A DNA stretch of 64,000 nucleotides from Scenedesmus sp. PABB004 (taxonomy: Eukaryota), in the NCBI GenBank assembly GCA_014905635.1, contig JABVCE010000009.1, positions 682,001 through 746,000 on the forward strand. The letters are read 5' to 3'. The position numbers were made by a program, and so were the translations under genes. The notes beneath the pieces were generated by a model. That model saw only the letters and a list, made by a program, of their open reading frames with translations. It was not told where the DNA came from and did not search any database. Below, piece after piece: positions 1-10,827 of this stretch; within the stretch, counting starts at the first letter, position 1; each line of letters opens with the position of its first letter.

Positions 1-875
1 GTGGCCCGCGCGCACCGCCCAGTTGAGCAGCATGCGGCACATGGTGCTCTTGCCAGAGTCGGTGGGGCCTGGCGGGGAGGACAGAGCGGCGGCGCGGCCG
101 GGCGCGCGGCGGCGGGGCAGCGGGGGTGGCGTGAGGCCGGCGAGGCGCGGGCACGGGCACGCGCGCGCCCGGCGCGGCCGCGGCGCGGCGCACCCGCGAC
201 GACGACGCGCGGGCCCTGCCCGCCGGCGTCCTTGGCGGCGGTGCGCAGGTTGTGCAGGATGGTGTGCGCGTTGACGTACGACACGTTGGGCGTGTCCTCG
301 GCAACGTATCTGCGCACACGGCGGGGAGCGAGTGGGCACTGGCGGCGGCGGGGCGGGGCGGCCGCAGCCGCGACCGGTGCCTCCGCCGCTGCCGGCGGCC
401 CGCTGCTCACACAAAGTCGGGCTCGCCCGTGACCGACAGCCGGCAGCCCGCCCACGTGAACACCGCGGCGGCGTTGCCGCGCAGGTTGACGGCGCTGCCG
501 AGCGCCAGCTCGGCGCCAAAGACCTCGGCGGCGCCCTCCAGCAGCTGCGGGCGCGGGCGCGGCGCGTGGGGCGGCGTCGCGGCTCCGGCGCGCCGCGCTG
601 GCTCCTGCCGGCCCCGCGCGCCGCGCGCAAAGCAGCTGCTGCGGCTGCTGCTGCTGCAGCGGCGGCCCCGCGCGCTCACCGTGACCATCACATCCTTCTC
701 CTTGCCTGCCTCCAGGCGCAGCTCTTGTTGCTGCGCGGCGCGGCGCGTGCGGCGCGTGAGCGGCGGCACGGGCCGGCCGCACGCCGCCGCCGGCCGCCGC
801 GGCCGCCCGCCGCCGCGGACGCCCGCTGCGTTCCGCGCGGCGGCGGCGCACCGCCTTGAGGTCGTAGGTGGTCAT
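1..875 (-). CDS. CLP1: CLP1-family polynucleotide 5'-hydroxyl kinase / cleavage factor subunit (5' part; runs off window)
   Basis: Spliced exons MTTYDLKA|QQELRLEAGKEKDVMVT|LLEGAAEVFGAELALG...AAVFTWAGCRLSVTG|YVAEDTPNVSYVNAH...GPRVVVAG|PTDSGKSTMCRMLLNWAVRA match the Clp1 N-terminal domain and P-loop. Confidence 0.9.
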   Translation of the reverse strand, partial: MTTYDLKAVRRRRAERSGRPRRRAAAAAGGGVRPARAAAHAPHAPRRAATRAAPGGRQGEGCDGHGERAGPPLQQQQPQQLLCARRAGPAGASAARRSRDAAPRAAPAPAAAGGRRRGLWRRAGARQRRQPARQRRRGVHVGGLPAVGHGRARLCVSSGPPAAAEAPVAAAAAPPRRRQCPLAPRRVRRYVAEDTPNVSYVNAHTILHNLRTAAKDAGGQGPRVVVAGAPRRGRAGRARARARASPASRHPRCPAAARPAAPPLCPPRQAPPTLARAPCAACCSTGRCARA

Positions 876-1370
876 GGCGCCGACCGCTCCCGCGAGGCTG
901 GGGCCCGCGCGGCCGCCCGCATGCGCCGGCGCGGCGGCGCTGTCGCGGCGGCCGCTGCCGCCGCTGCCGCCGCTGCCGCCGCTGGCGCCGCTCGCGCTGC
1001 TGGCCTGGCAGGCGAGCGGTATCAGGCGATGGCAACGGTACGACGCAGAAACGCGCGGCGCTCGGGCGGCCAGCGGCGGCGCGGCTCGCGCGTCTGCTGC
1101 CGCTGCTGCGGCGGCGCGGGGCGGGACGCAGGCGGCGCCGCGGGGGCTCGGTGAGGGAGTTCACACGACGGGTGCGGCACTGCTGCCCGCCGCAGGAAGC
1201 GCCGGTCCCAGCGCGTGACGGTTGCGCTCGCGCGTGGGTTTTGGAGCTGCTCGCGGCGTGGCGAGTCCTGCGAGTTTTCCCTCCCTGCCCGACACTCCTG
1301 CCTGTCGCACGAGCGCCGGCCCGGCGCCGCACCCGCCCTCCAGCGCACGACGCACGCTCGATCACCGGCG

Positions 1371-3391
1371 ATGGCCCTCGCAGGTGCGCCCCCGACCGCG
1401 CGCCGGCGCGCCGCTCGGCGCGGTGGCTGGGCCGGGTCCTGAGCTCCGCGCTCCCGCAGGCAGCCGGACCTCCGGCGCCGCCTTCGCGGGGCAGCGGCTC
1501 GCGGCAGCGCCGGCCCGCCCCGCCAGCGCGCGCCGCGCGGCGCGGCGCATGCCGGTGGTGGAGGCCAAGCGCGTGGCGGTGCTGGGCGCCGCCGGTGGCA
1601 TCGGGCAGCCGCTGAGCCTGCTGCTCAAGATGAACAAGTGCGTCACGGAGCTCGCGCTCTTCGACGTCGCGCCGCTGGTGAAGGGCGTGATGGCCGATCT
1701 GAGCCACTGCAACACCCCCGTCCAGGTGCGCCGTCCGCTGGTGTTCGAAGGCCGGCCGGCGGCTGGCGCGCGCCGATCGCGGCGCGGCGGTTGCCGCAGC
1801 CGCCGCTGCTGCTGCGCGTGGCGGCCGCGCCAACCCTAGCGGCGCAGCAGCCGACGCCGCGGCCCGCCCCGGCGGCGCCAGGTCTCGGCGCACGTCGGCG
1901 ACGCCGAGCTGGAGGCCTGCCTCACCGGCTGCGAGCTCGTCGTCATCCCGGCAGGTGCGCGCTCCCCGCTGCGCCCGCCGGCACAGCCGGTGGCGCCGCC
2001 GCGTGCCCCGCCGCGGCCCCCCCTTGCGGCCCCCGCCGCCGCCGCTGACGCGCGCGCTCGCTGCCGCACCGTCGGCCCTAGGCGTGCCGCGCAAGCCGGG
2101 CATGACGCGTGACGACTTGTTCAACATCAACGCCGGCATCGTGACCAACCTGGTCGGCGCGTGCGCCAAGTACTGCCCCAACGTGCGGCGCCGCGGCGGG
2201 GAGATGGGGCCGCGGCGGGGGGACGGGGCCGGGGCGCCAGCGCACTCACGGCCGGCAGAGCCTCAGCGCGGCAGCCGCGGCGCGCACCCACACCTCTCTC
2301 CCTCCCCCACGCGCCGCAGGCCATCCTGGAGATCATCTCCAACCCGGTCAACTCCACCGTGCCCATCGCGGCCGAGGTGCTCAAGGCGGCGGGCGTGTAC
2401 GACCCGCGCAAGCTGCTCGGCGTCACCACACTCGACGTGGTGCGCCACCGCCCGCGCCCGCCCACCGCCGCGCGGGCGCCGCGCCCTGCCGCCGCCGCCG
2501 CCGCCGCCGCCGCGCGCTCGCCCGGGGTCGCCGCTGACGCACGTCGCCCGCCTCCCGTCCCCGCGCCGCGCTGTGCGTGCTGTGTGCTGTGTGCTGCTGC
2601 TGCGGCCAGGTGCGTGCCAACACGTTTGTCGCGGGCGCCAAGGGCCTCGACCTGAAGGAGGTGGACGTCCCCGTGGTCGGCGGCCACGCCGGCATCACCA
2701 TCCTGCCGCTGCTCTCGCAGGCGCGCCGCGCGCCGCGCCGCGCCGCCGCCGCCGCCTCCCCCGCGCCGCGGGCGCACGCGAAGGCCCCGCGCGACGCCGC
2801 GCCGCGCCGGCCGAGCCCCCGCGCGCCGCGTGACCCCGCGCCGCGCGCCGTGCCGCGCCGCAGACGGTGCCAAGCGTCACGTTCAGCGACACGGAGCGCA
2901 AGGCGCTGACGTCGCGCATCCAGGACGCGGGCACGGAGGTCGTTGAGGCCAAGGCCGGCGCGGGCAGCGCGACGCTCAGCATGGCGTACGCCGCGGCGCG
3001 CATGGCCGAGTCGACGCTGCTCGGCATGCAGGGCGAGCCCAACATGTTTGAGTGCGCGTTCGTGCAGTCCGACGTAAGCCGGCGCCGCGCCTCAGCGGCC
3101 CGGCCTGGCGTGCTGCTCCCCGCGCCCGCCGCGCCCGCGTGCCCGCCCCGCCCCGCGCCGCCCACCGAGCGGCCCGCCCCGCGCCGCCCCGCGTCGCGCG
3201 CGCAGGTCGTGCCGGGCTGCCCCTTCTTCGCGACGCGCGTGCAGCTCGGCCCCGAGGGCGTGGCCAAGGTCAACGGCCTGGGGCCGCTCACCGACTTTGA
3301 GAAGGCGGCCCTCGACGCGATGCTGCCGGAGCTCAAGGCCCAGATCGAAAAGGGCGTCGCGTTCGCCAAGAACCCGCCCAAGAAGGAGTGA
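1371..3391 (+). CDS. MDH: NAD-dependent malate dehydrogenase, probably plastid-targeted (multi-exon)
   Basis: [93 protein letters not shown]; Ala/Arg/Ser-rich N-terminal transit-like peptide. Confidence 0.95.
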
Positions 3392-3709
3392 GAGGGAGGG
3401 AGGGCGACAGGCCGGGCCAGCGGCTGGCGCGGCGCGAGAGGGCGCGGCCGCGCGGGCGGGCGACACAGGGCGGGGCGCCGGCGGGGGCGCGCGGCCGCCG
3501 CCGCGCCTGCGGCGGCCCCCGCCCTGCACGCCCCCCGATCGGGGCGGCGCGCGCAGCGATGCGCGCCAGGGCCGCGGCGGGCGCGCGCACGCGATGCATC
3601 GCACAGCATTGCTTCTGTTTTCTCGGTTGACCGGACACCTGCGGCGCCGTGTGCTGGGTGCGGCGCTCGGCATGTGTTACCGCTCGGGCGGTGGTGGCCA
3701 CGTGCACGT

Positions 3710-3714
3710 TTACA
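3710..3714 (-). promoter_or_regulatory. TGTAA polyadenylation signal of the TXNDC17-like gene
   Basis: TGTAA on the minus strand ~200 nt after the stop; canonical chlorophyte poly(A) signal. Confidence 0.5.
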
Positions 3715-3917
3715 CACCCAGCGCACCGCGCACCAGGCCGGCCGTCCCCCGGCTGGCGCCCGACCGCCCGCCCCTCAGGCCCTGCTGCGGTCAGCAGCGG
3801 CCAGCGGCGGCCTCCCAGCTCGCCCGTCCGTTCGCCGCTGCGGCACGCCGGGCGCGTCCTGCAAGCCCAGGGGCAACCTCCAGGCTCAGGAGCAGCCCGG
3901 CAGGCTCAGCAGAGGGC

Positions 3918-4513
3918 TTAAGGGTTGTCAATCATAAACTTGGCCACCGCCGCGACCGCCTCGGCCGGCGACGCCGCCTTCTCCAGCGCGGTGCCCATGC
4001 GCGCGCCCGCGCCCTGCGGCCCCCAGCGCATGAGGTCTGGCACCCCGCCCAGGCGCAGCGGGTCGCCCCTGCGGCGGCGCGCGCGGGCGCGCGTCGGCGC
4101 GTGAGCGCGGGGGCGCGCGCGGACAGCGCCGACCCCAGTGCGCGCCGCGCGCCCACGCGCCGCGCCGCGCCGCGCCGCACCTCAGCGGGTGGCGCGGGTC
4201 CTTCCAGACCGCGCGGGGGCCGACCAGCACCTCGAGCAGCGCGGCGCCGCGGTCGGCCGCGACGCGCTTGGCGGCAGGGCCGCACCGCACGCAGTCGGGG
4301 CACCACGACACGCCCGTCGCGGGGTCGGGGTCCGCGACGAACAGCACATAGTGAGGCCCCGCCTGCGCCAGCAGCCTTGGCGCGCGCGGGAGCAGCGGCG
4401 GCAGCGGTTGGCGCGCGGCAGCGGGCAGCGCGCGCGGCCGCCGCCGCTGCACAGCCGCCTCACCTCTCCACACCCTCGTCCAGCTGCGTGTAGGGGACCG
4501 TCAGCGACGCCAT
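3918..4513 (-). CDS. TXNDC17: Thioredoxin-like protein TXNDC17/TRP14/Clot (DUF953)
   Basis: Three exons: MASLTVPYTQLDEGVER|LLAQAGPHYVLFVADPDPATGVSWCPDCVR...VGPRAVWKDPRHPLR|...AKFMIDNP*; diagnostic SWCPDC motif. Confidence 0.9.
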
Positions 4514-5005
4514 CGCCCGCCCCGCGCGCGGACGGCGGCGCGACGCGCGGCGCGCGCCGGCCGGCGGGCAGCGGCGCTGCTGCTGCCGCGGCGGTGCCGA
4601 GACAGAGGTGTCCTTACGATGGTCGCGAGAGGCTGCGCGGGGCTGAGCAGCGCGGCAGCGCGCATGCGGCAGCAGCGGTGCAGCAGCAGCGGCGCGCGGC
4701 GTGCGGCGCGCGGCGTGTGTGCGCGTGTGCGCGGTCTGGTTGGCGCAGTGGCTTGCGTGGTGAGCGGGGCACCAGGAGGCCGCGCCGCAGAACCCAGAGT
4801 GACGGGGCGCCCGTCAAAGCAGCGACCGCGACGCGCCGCCGCAGCACTCAGTCGCGACAGGCCGTGGTCAACGCCTCCCCATCAGCATCTCGGGACTGCA
4901 GGAAGCTGCGCTCCGCACGCCGGCGCTCCACACGCGCGATCGCTCCGCCGCTGCTGCTGCCCGGCCAGCGCCGCGGCCGCGGGCTGAGTGCGGCGGCTGC
5001 CAGCG

Positions 5006-5547
5006 ATGCCGGTGACTGCGGAGCAGGTGGAGGCGGCGCTGCGCGAGGGGCTGGGCGCGAGCGACGCGGTGCGGGCACGCCGCGCCGTGCGCAGCGCAGC
5101 TGCCTGGGCGCGCGCCCTCACGCGCCGTCCCGCGCCGCGCCGCCGCGGCCGCACAGACGGTGCTGGACACGTCCGGCGGGTGCGGCGGCGCCTGGCGCCC
5201 GGGAAAGCGACGGCGGGGCCCTGCAGCGAATGCCGCGCGCGCCCGCCGCCGCCGCGCCGCGCGCAGGTGCGGGGCGGCGTTTGACGTCGCGGTGGTATCG
5301 GACGCGTTTGAGGGCAAGACGCCCATCGCCCGCCACCGCCTGGTGCGCCGCCTTGCGCTGGCGCCGCCGCGCGCGCGGCCGCCGGCGCCGCGGCCGCAAC
5401 GTCAACGCACCGCCGCAGATCCACGACGCTCTCGCGAGCGTGATGCCCGACATCCACGCGCTCAGCATCAAGCGCGCCTGGACGCGCGCGCAGCAGGCGG
5501 CGGCGCAGCAGCAGCAGCCCGCTCCCGCGGCGGCGGCGCCGAGCTGA
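5006..5547 (+). CDS. BOLA2: BolA-family protein (BolA2-like)
   Basis: MPVTAEQVEAALREGLGASDA|TVLDTSGG|CGAAFDVAVVSDAFEGKTPIARHRL|IHDALASVMPDIHALSIKRAWT; DTSGGCG, FEGK and IHAL motifs. Confidence 0.9.
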
Positions 5548-5599
5548 CGGGGGCGGCGCGGCGCGGCGCGGCGGCAGGGCACAGCGGCGGCGGGCACGC

Positions 5600-5604
5600 T
5601 GTAA
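5600..5604 (+). promoter_or_regulatory. TGTAA polyadenylation signal of BolA2
   Basis: TGTAA 53 nt after the stop codon. Confidence 0.55.
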
Positions 5605-5885
5605 CGCGGTCGCGCGCCCGGCTCCGCACCGTGCTCAAGAGCGGTCCCACGGTCAACTCCAGGCGCCCACGCCCAGCCACGCACACGCTCGCGCCGGCAG
5701 CAGCGGCGCAGCAGCGCAGCACGCCGCGCCGCCGCCGACACCGGCGCGTCGTGCCGCTGCCGGGGCAGGTGGTCCAAATCGAACTCTAAGAATCAGGGCC
5801 GCCAACTGCCGTGCGCTTGCTGCCTGGCGGGGCTCCACGCACGCCAGGGCGCCCTCGCCGGCGGCGCGGCATCTGCGCGCCCGCC

Positions 5886-8800
5886 ATGGCCGCTGCGGCG
5901 TTCGAGGAGCTGGGCGTGGCGCCCGAGCTGATCGCGGCGGTGGAGGATCTGGGCTGGACGTGAGCTGCGCGCGCTCCGGCGGCACCGCCGCGCCGCCGCG
6001 TGCGCCCGCCGCTGCTGCCGCTGCGCCGCGCTCGCGCCGGCGCCGGCCCCCCAGCGGCCCGCCTCCCCCCTGCTGCCTCTCTCTCTCTCCCGCGACGCAG
6101 GCTGCCCACGCCAGTGCAGGCGGAGGCGGTGCCCCTCATCCTCGGCGGCGGCGACGTGATGGCGGTGCGCAGCCGCAGCGGCGCCAGCGGCGCCAGCGGC
6201 CGCAGCGGCGGCAGCCGGCCGACGAACGCGACGACGGCCGCGCCGCCCCCGCCACTGCTGCCTCCGCAGGCCGCCGAGACGGGGAGCGGCAAGACGGGGG
6301 TGCGCCGCCGGCGCGCGCCGCACCGCGCACAGCGCGCCACCCCAGCGCGCGCCCGGGCCCGCCCGAGCTCTCCTCCCCCCTCCCCGCCCGCCCGGTCGCA
6401 GGCGTTCGCACTGCCCGTGCTGCAGATCGTGCACGAAACGCTGCAGGCCTGGGCGCGCGGCGCGGCGATGCACGGCGGCGGCGGCGCGGCGTCGGCCGCG
6501 CCGGCCGCGCCGCGGCGGCGCTGCGAGCTCAGCAGCGAAGACCGCGACGCTGCGCTCAGCGTGCGCGACGGCACCGCGTGCCAGTGCCGCGACGAGCGCG
6601 CGTGGGGCGGCGGCCGGGCCACGCTCGGCGCGTTTGCTGGGCGTGTGTACTACGAGGCGCGCCGCGCGGGGCGGGGCGGGGCCCGGGCCGGGGCGGGGCC
6701 GGGGCCGGGGCCGGGTGGCGGCAACGGCCGCGGCGCCACCCGCGTGCGGCGCCCGTCTCACGGCCGGTCCCCGCGCGCCCGCACCGGCAGGCCGAGGTGT
6801 GCGACGAGGGCCTGTGCCGCGTCGGCTGGGCCACGCACGCGGCCAGCTATGACATCGGCACCGACCGGCAGAGCTTTGGATACGGCGGCACTGGTGCGCG
6901 CCTACCGCCCGCGCCGCGCTCCGCCACGCGCGCGCCCCACGCGGCGCTGCGCGCGCGCCCCACGCGGCGCTGCGCGCGCGCCCTCCCGCTCGGCGCGGCA
7001 CGCGCTCGCCCTCCCGCGCGGCGCGGCACGCGCACGCCCTCCCGCGCCGCGCGGCGCGGCGCAGGCAAGCGGTCGCACGGGCGGCAGTTCGAGGACTACG
7101 GCGGGCCGTTTGGCGCGGGCGACGTCGTCGGCGCCTGCCTCGACGCCGAGTCGGGGGCGCTGAGCTTCACCAAGAACGGCGAGCCCCTCGGTGCCGCGTT
7201 CACGCTGCCCCAGATCCTGCGCGGACAGGCGCGGCGCACGCGCACGCGCACGCGCGCCGGCGCCGGCGCGCTCGACGGCCGGCGGCCGTCCCGCGTGCCG
7301 CCGCCCGCGCCCACGCGCGCCGCGCCGCGCCGCTGCGTGGCGCAGGTGCTGTACCCCGCGGTGTGCCTGAAGAACGCCGAGCTGCGGCTGAACTTCGGGG
7401 ACGCGCCGTTCAAGTGCGGCGCAGGGCGCCGGGGGCTGGCGTGGGCGCGCGGCGCGGCGCGCTGGCGCGCGGACGGCAGCGCCGCAGCGGCGCGAGCCCG
7501 TCACCGCCACCGCTGCCGTCGCGCGCCCTCCGTTGCGCAGGTTCGGCCCGCCGCCGGGGTTTGTCGGCATCGCGCAGGCGCCGCCCGACGTGACCGCGAC
7601 CGCGGCGGCGGCCGCCGCCGCGGCCGCGAGCAGCAGCGCGGCGCGGCAGCCGCTGTGCGTCGTGCTGGAGCCGTCGCGGTGCGCGGGCCGCCGCGCGGGC
7701 CGCCGCGCGCAGCCCCAGGGGCCTCTCTCACGTCGCCGCACGCGCCGCGCCGCCAGAGACCTGGCGGAGCAGACGCACAAGTGCTTCGAGGCGTACGGCC
7801 GCCGCCTCACGGCGCCGCCGGTGTCGAGCGCGCTCCTCGTCGGGGGCTCGACGCGGCGCCGCAGCTCGCGGCGCTGCGGGCGGGCGCCGAGATCGTGGTC
7901 GCCACGCCGGGGCGGCTCATGGACTTTGTTGAGAGCGGCAAGCTCCCGCTCGGCAGGGTGCGGCGCGACGGCGCCGCGCGCTGCTGCCGCCGCGCCGCCG
8001 CCGCCTGCACGCCGTCGCCGCCGCGCGCCGCCGCCGGCTGCGCGCCATGCCGCCGCGCCGGCGCCGCCTGTGCGCCGCGCGACGGCGCCGCCACACTTGG
8101 TCCCTGCGCCGCGTGCGTGGCCCCAGGTTCGCTTCCTGGTGCTGGACGAGGCCGACCGCCTGGTGGCCGACGCAGCCGACGTGGTGGCTAAGCTCTTCGC
8201 CCGCCTGCCCAAGGGCGGCGCGGGCGCGGCGCGCCTGCAGGCGCGGGGCCCGCGCGCCAGCCGGGCGGGGCGCGGCGAGCCAGCCGCGGCGCGCGCCCGC
8301 GCGCGTGCGTGCGCGACGCCTGCTGCTGCCTCTCACGCGCGCGCGCGCGCCCCCAGGTGCTGATGTTCAGCGCGACGCTGCACTCGCCGGAGGTCAAGCG
8401 CCTCGCCGCCACAGTCTGCCAGCAGCCGCTGCTGGTGCGGCGCGCGCTGCCGCCCGCGCCGCGCGCTGCCGCGCGCTGCCGCCTGTGTGTGCCGCCGATG
8501 CACGCCCACGCGCGCGGCGACCCGCCCTGCCCTGCCCGCCCGGGGCCCAGGTGGACCTCAAGGGCAAGGACGCCGTGCCTGAGACCGTTGACCACGTGCT
8601 GGTCCGCGTCGACCCCGCCGCCGACGGGTCGTGGCTGCAGACCACGCCCAAGGCGCGCACGCGCACGCGCGCGCACGTGTGCACGCGCGCACGCCGCCGC
8701 CGACGCGCTCGCTGCCGACGCTGACGCGCCGCACCTCCTCCTCCCCACCCCCCTGCCCAGGTCTTCACCGACGGCGTGCACGCGCTCGACACCGTCGGCC

Positions 8801-10399
8801 CCGCGTCGCGCACGCCCGAGGCGGCGAGCGAGGGCGTGAAGCGGCTCAAGCAGCGCCTGCTCGCGCGGCTGCTCGACGCGCACGCGGCCGCCGGCCAGGC
8901 GCTCATCTTCTGCCGGACCAACCACGACTGCGACAACCTCGAGCGCTTCCTCAATGCCCTCGGTGACCGCGCTGCGCGCTGTGCTGCGCTGTGCTGCGCT
9001 GTGCTGCGCTGTGCTGCGCTGTGCTGCGCTGTGCTGCGCTGTGCACGCTGTGCAGGCTGTGCTGCGCTGTGCTGCGCGGTGCGCGCCCAGGCCGCGGCCC
9101 CCGCCAGCCTCCGCGCCCGCGCTCAGCGCGCCCGGCCCCGCGCGCGCGCGCAGGCGGCGGCGGCGGCGGCCGCGCGCGGGGCCCGCGCGAGAGCGGCAAG
9201 GAGCACCCCTACTCGTGCCTCGTGCTCGCCGGCGCGCGCAGCATGGACGAGCGCCGCGCCGCGCTGCAGGCGCGCGCTGCGCCGCGCGCGCCTCGGCGCC
9301 CGAGCGCCCGCCCGCGCGCTGGCCCGCGCAGCGCCTTGACAACCCCTCCCACGCCCACCCGCCCGTCCACCCACATCCGCCACCCCGTGCCGCCGCCGCC
9401 TTGCAACCCCCGTGGCCAGGCGTTCAAGGACGGCGGCGTGCGCCTCCTCATCGCCACCGACGTCGCGGCGCGCGGGCTGGACGTGAGCGGGCTGCCGTGC
9501 GTCATTAACATGACGCTCCCGGACCGCAGCGAGGACTACGTGCACAGGCGCGGGGCTTGGGGTTTAGCGCGCGCGCGGGGGGACCCCGCCGTGGCCCTGG
9601 CGCGCCGGCCCCGCGCGCCCGCGGCTGGGCTGCGCGCCGCGCGAGAGAGGACAACGGGGCCTCCGCCGCCGCCGCCGCGCGCTCGCGCCGCGCCGCGCCG
9701 AAGGGTGGGGCGCGTGGGCCGCGCCGACCACATGGGCCTCGCCATCAGCCTCGTGTCGACGGTGCCGGAGAAGGCGCGCCGCCGCGCGGGCCGCGGGCTG
9801 CGGGCAGGCGGGGGCGCCGCGCGCTGAGAGGGGGCGGGTCGTCGAGCCTCGGCGCGCGCGCTGCGCGACGCTCGCGACATGCCGCGCCCCGCGCGGCGCC
9901 GGGCGCAGGTGTGGTTCTGCACCGTCAAGGGCCTCAAGCCCTGGCTGCAGCCCGACGCGAGCAACACCAAGACGCAGGAGCAGGGCGGGCACACCGTGTG
10001 GTGCACGGCGCGGCGGCCGTGTGCGCCGACCGCGCGCGCCGCCGGGGGCCGACGCGCGCGGCCGGGGGCTGATGCGCCCGCCGCCGCGCTGCGCCGCGCG
10101 CCGCCGGGCGCAGGTACGACGAGCCCGGCCTGCTGGCGTCGATCGAGGCGCGGCTGTCGGCGCCCATCCCGCCGCTGAACGACGACCTGAGCCTGCCGGC
10201 GGGCATCGCGGCGCGGCTCGCGGGCGAGGGCGGCGCGTACGGGCAGGCGCGCGGCGGCGCGGCGGGGTGCGCGGAGGCCGCGGAGCGGCTCGCGGGCATC
10301 CGGCAGAACGTGGAGGCCCTGGCGCAGCTGGAGCGGCAGGCGCAGACCAGCTTCCTGCTGCTCAAGCGCAAGTGGGGCGCCGTCGCGATGGAGTCTTGA
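5886..10399 (+). CDS. DDX1: DEAD-box RNA helicase DDX1 (SPRY insertion), many exons; apparent 1-nt frameshift at ~7842-7846
   Basis: FEELGVAPEL, LPTPVQAEAVPLILGGGDVMA, AETGSGKTG, SPRY (RVGWA...FGYGGTG...YGGPFGAGDVVG...FTKNG...YPAVCLKNAELRLNFG), [35 protein letters not shown]. Confidence 0.95.
8976..9075. repeat. Intronic 10-bp tandem repeat (GCTGTGCTGC)n, ~9 partly degenerate copies
   Basis: Directly visible in a DDX1 intron. Confidence 0.9.
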
Positions 10400-10827
10400 C
10401 GCGCGGCGCGCGGCGCCCAGCGGCCGCGGCGCGGCGGCGGCGGCGGCGCCGCCGCGAGCGCCCGCGGCGGGGCGGCCGGTTGCTGTCGGAGGCTGCTGTC
10501 GGAGGCGCAGTTTTTGGTGCGCCTCGATGTTATGTCACACGGCGTGAGCGTATCGCTTGCCAGCGCCCCCGCGTCCACACCGGAGCGGCGAGCGGGGGGC
10601 AGGGGAAGCAAGCTCGGCCGGCGCCTGCGACGTCCAGCGCGACGCCCACCACCACCCGTCACCGCCGATTGCTGCGCGCCGGCCGACGACCGCACGTCGA
10701 GACACGCGATCGGCTCGAGGCCGCCGCGCCGGCGCGCGGGGGGGCGTCGAGCCGGAGCAGCGCGCGCGGGCGGGGCATCTCGGGCCTTCTGCGGGCCGCT
10801 GAGGCGCGCGCGTCAGCCGCAGCCGCC

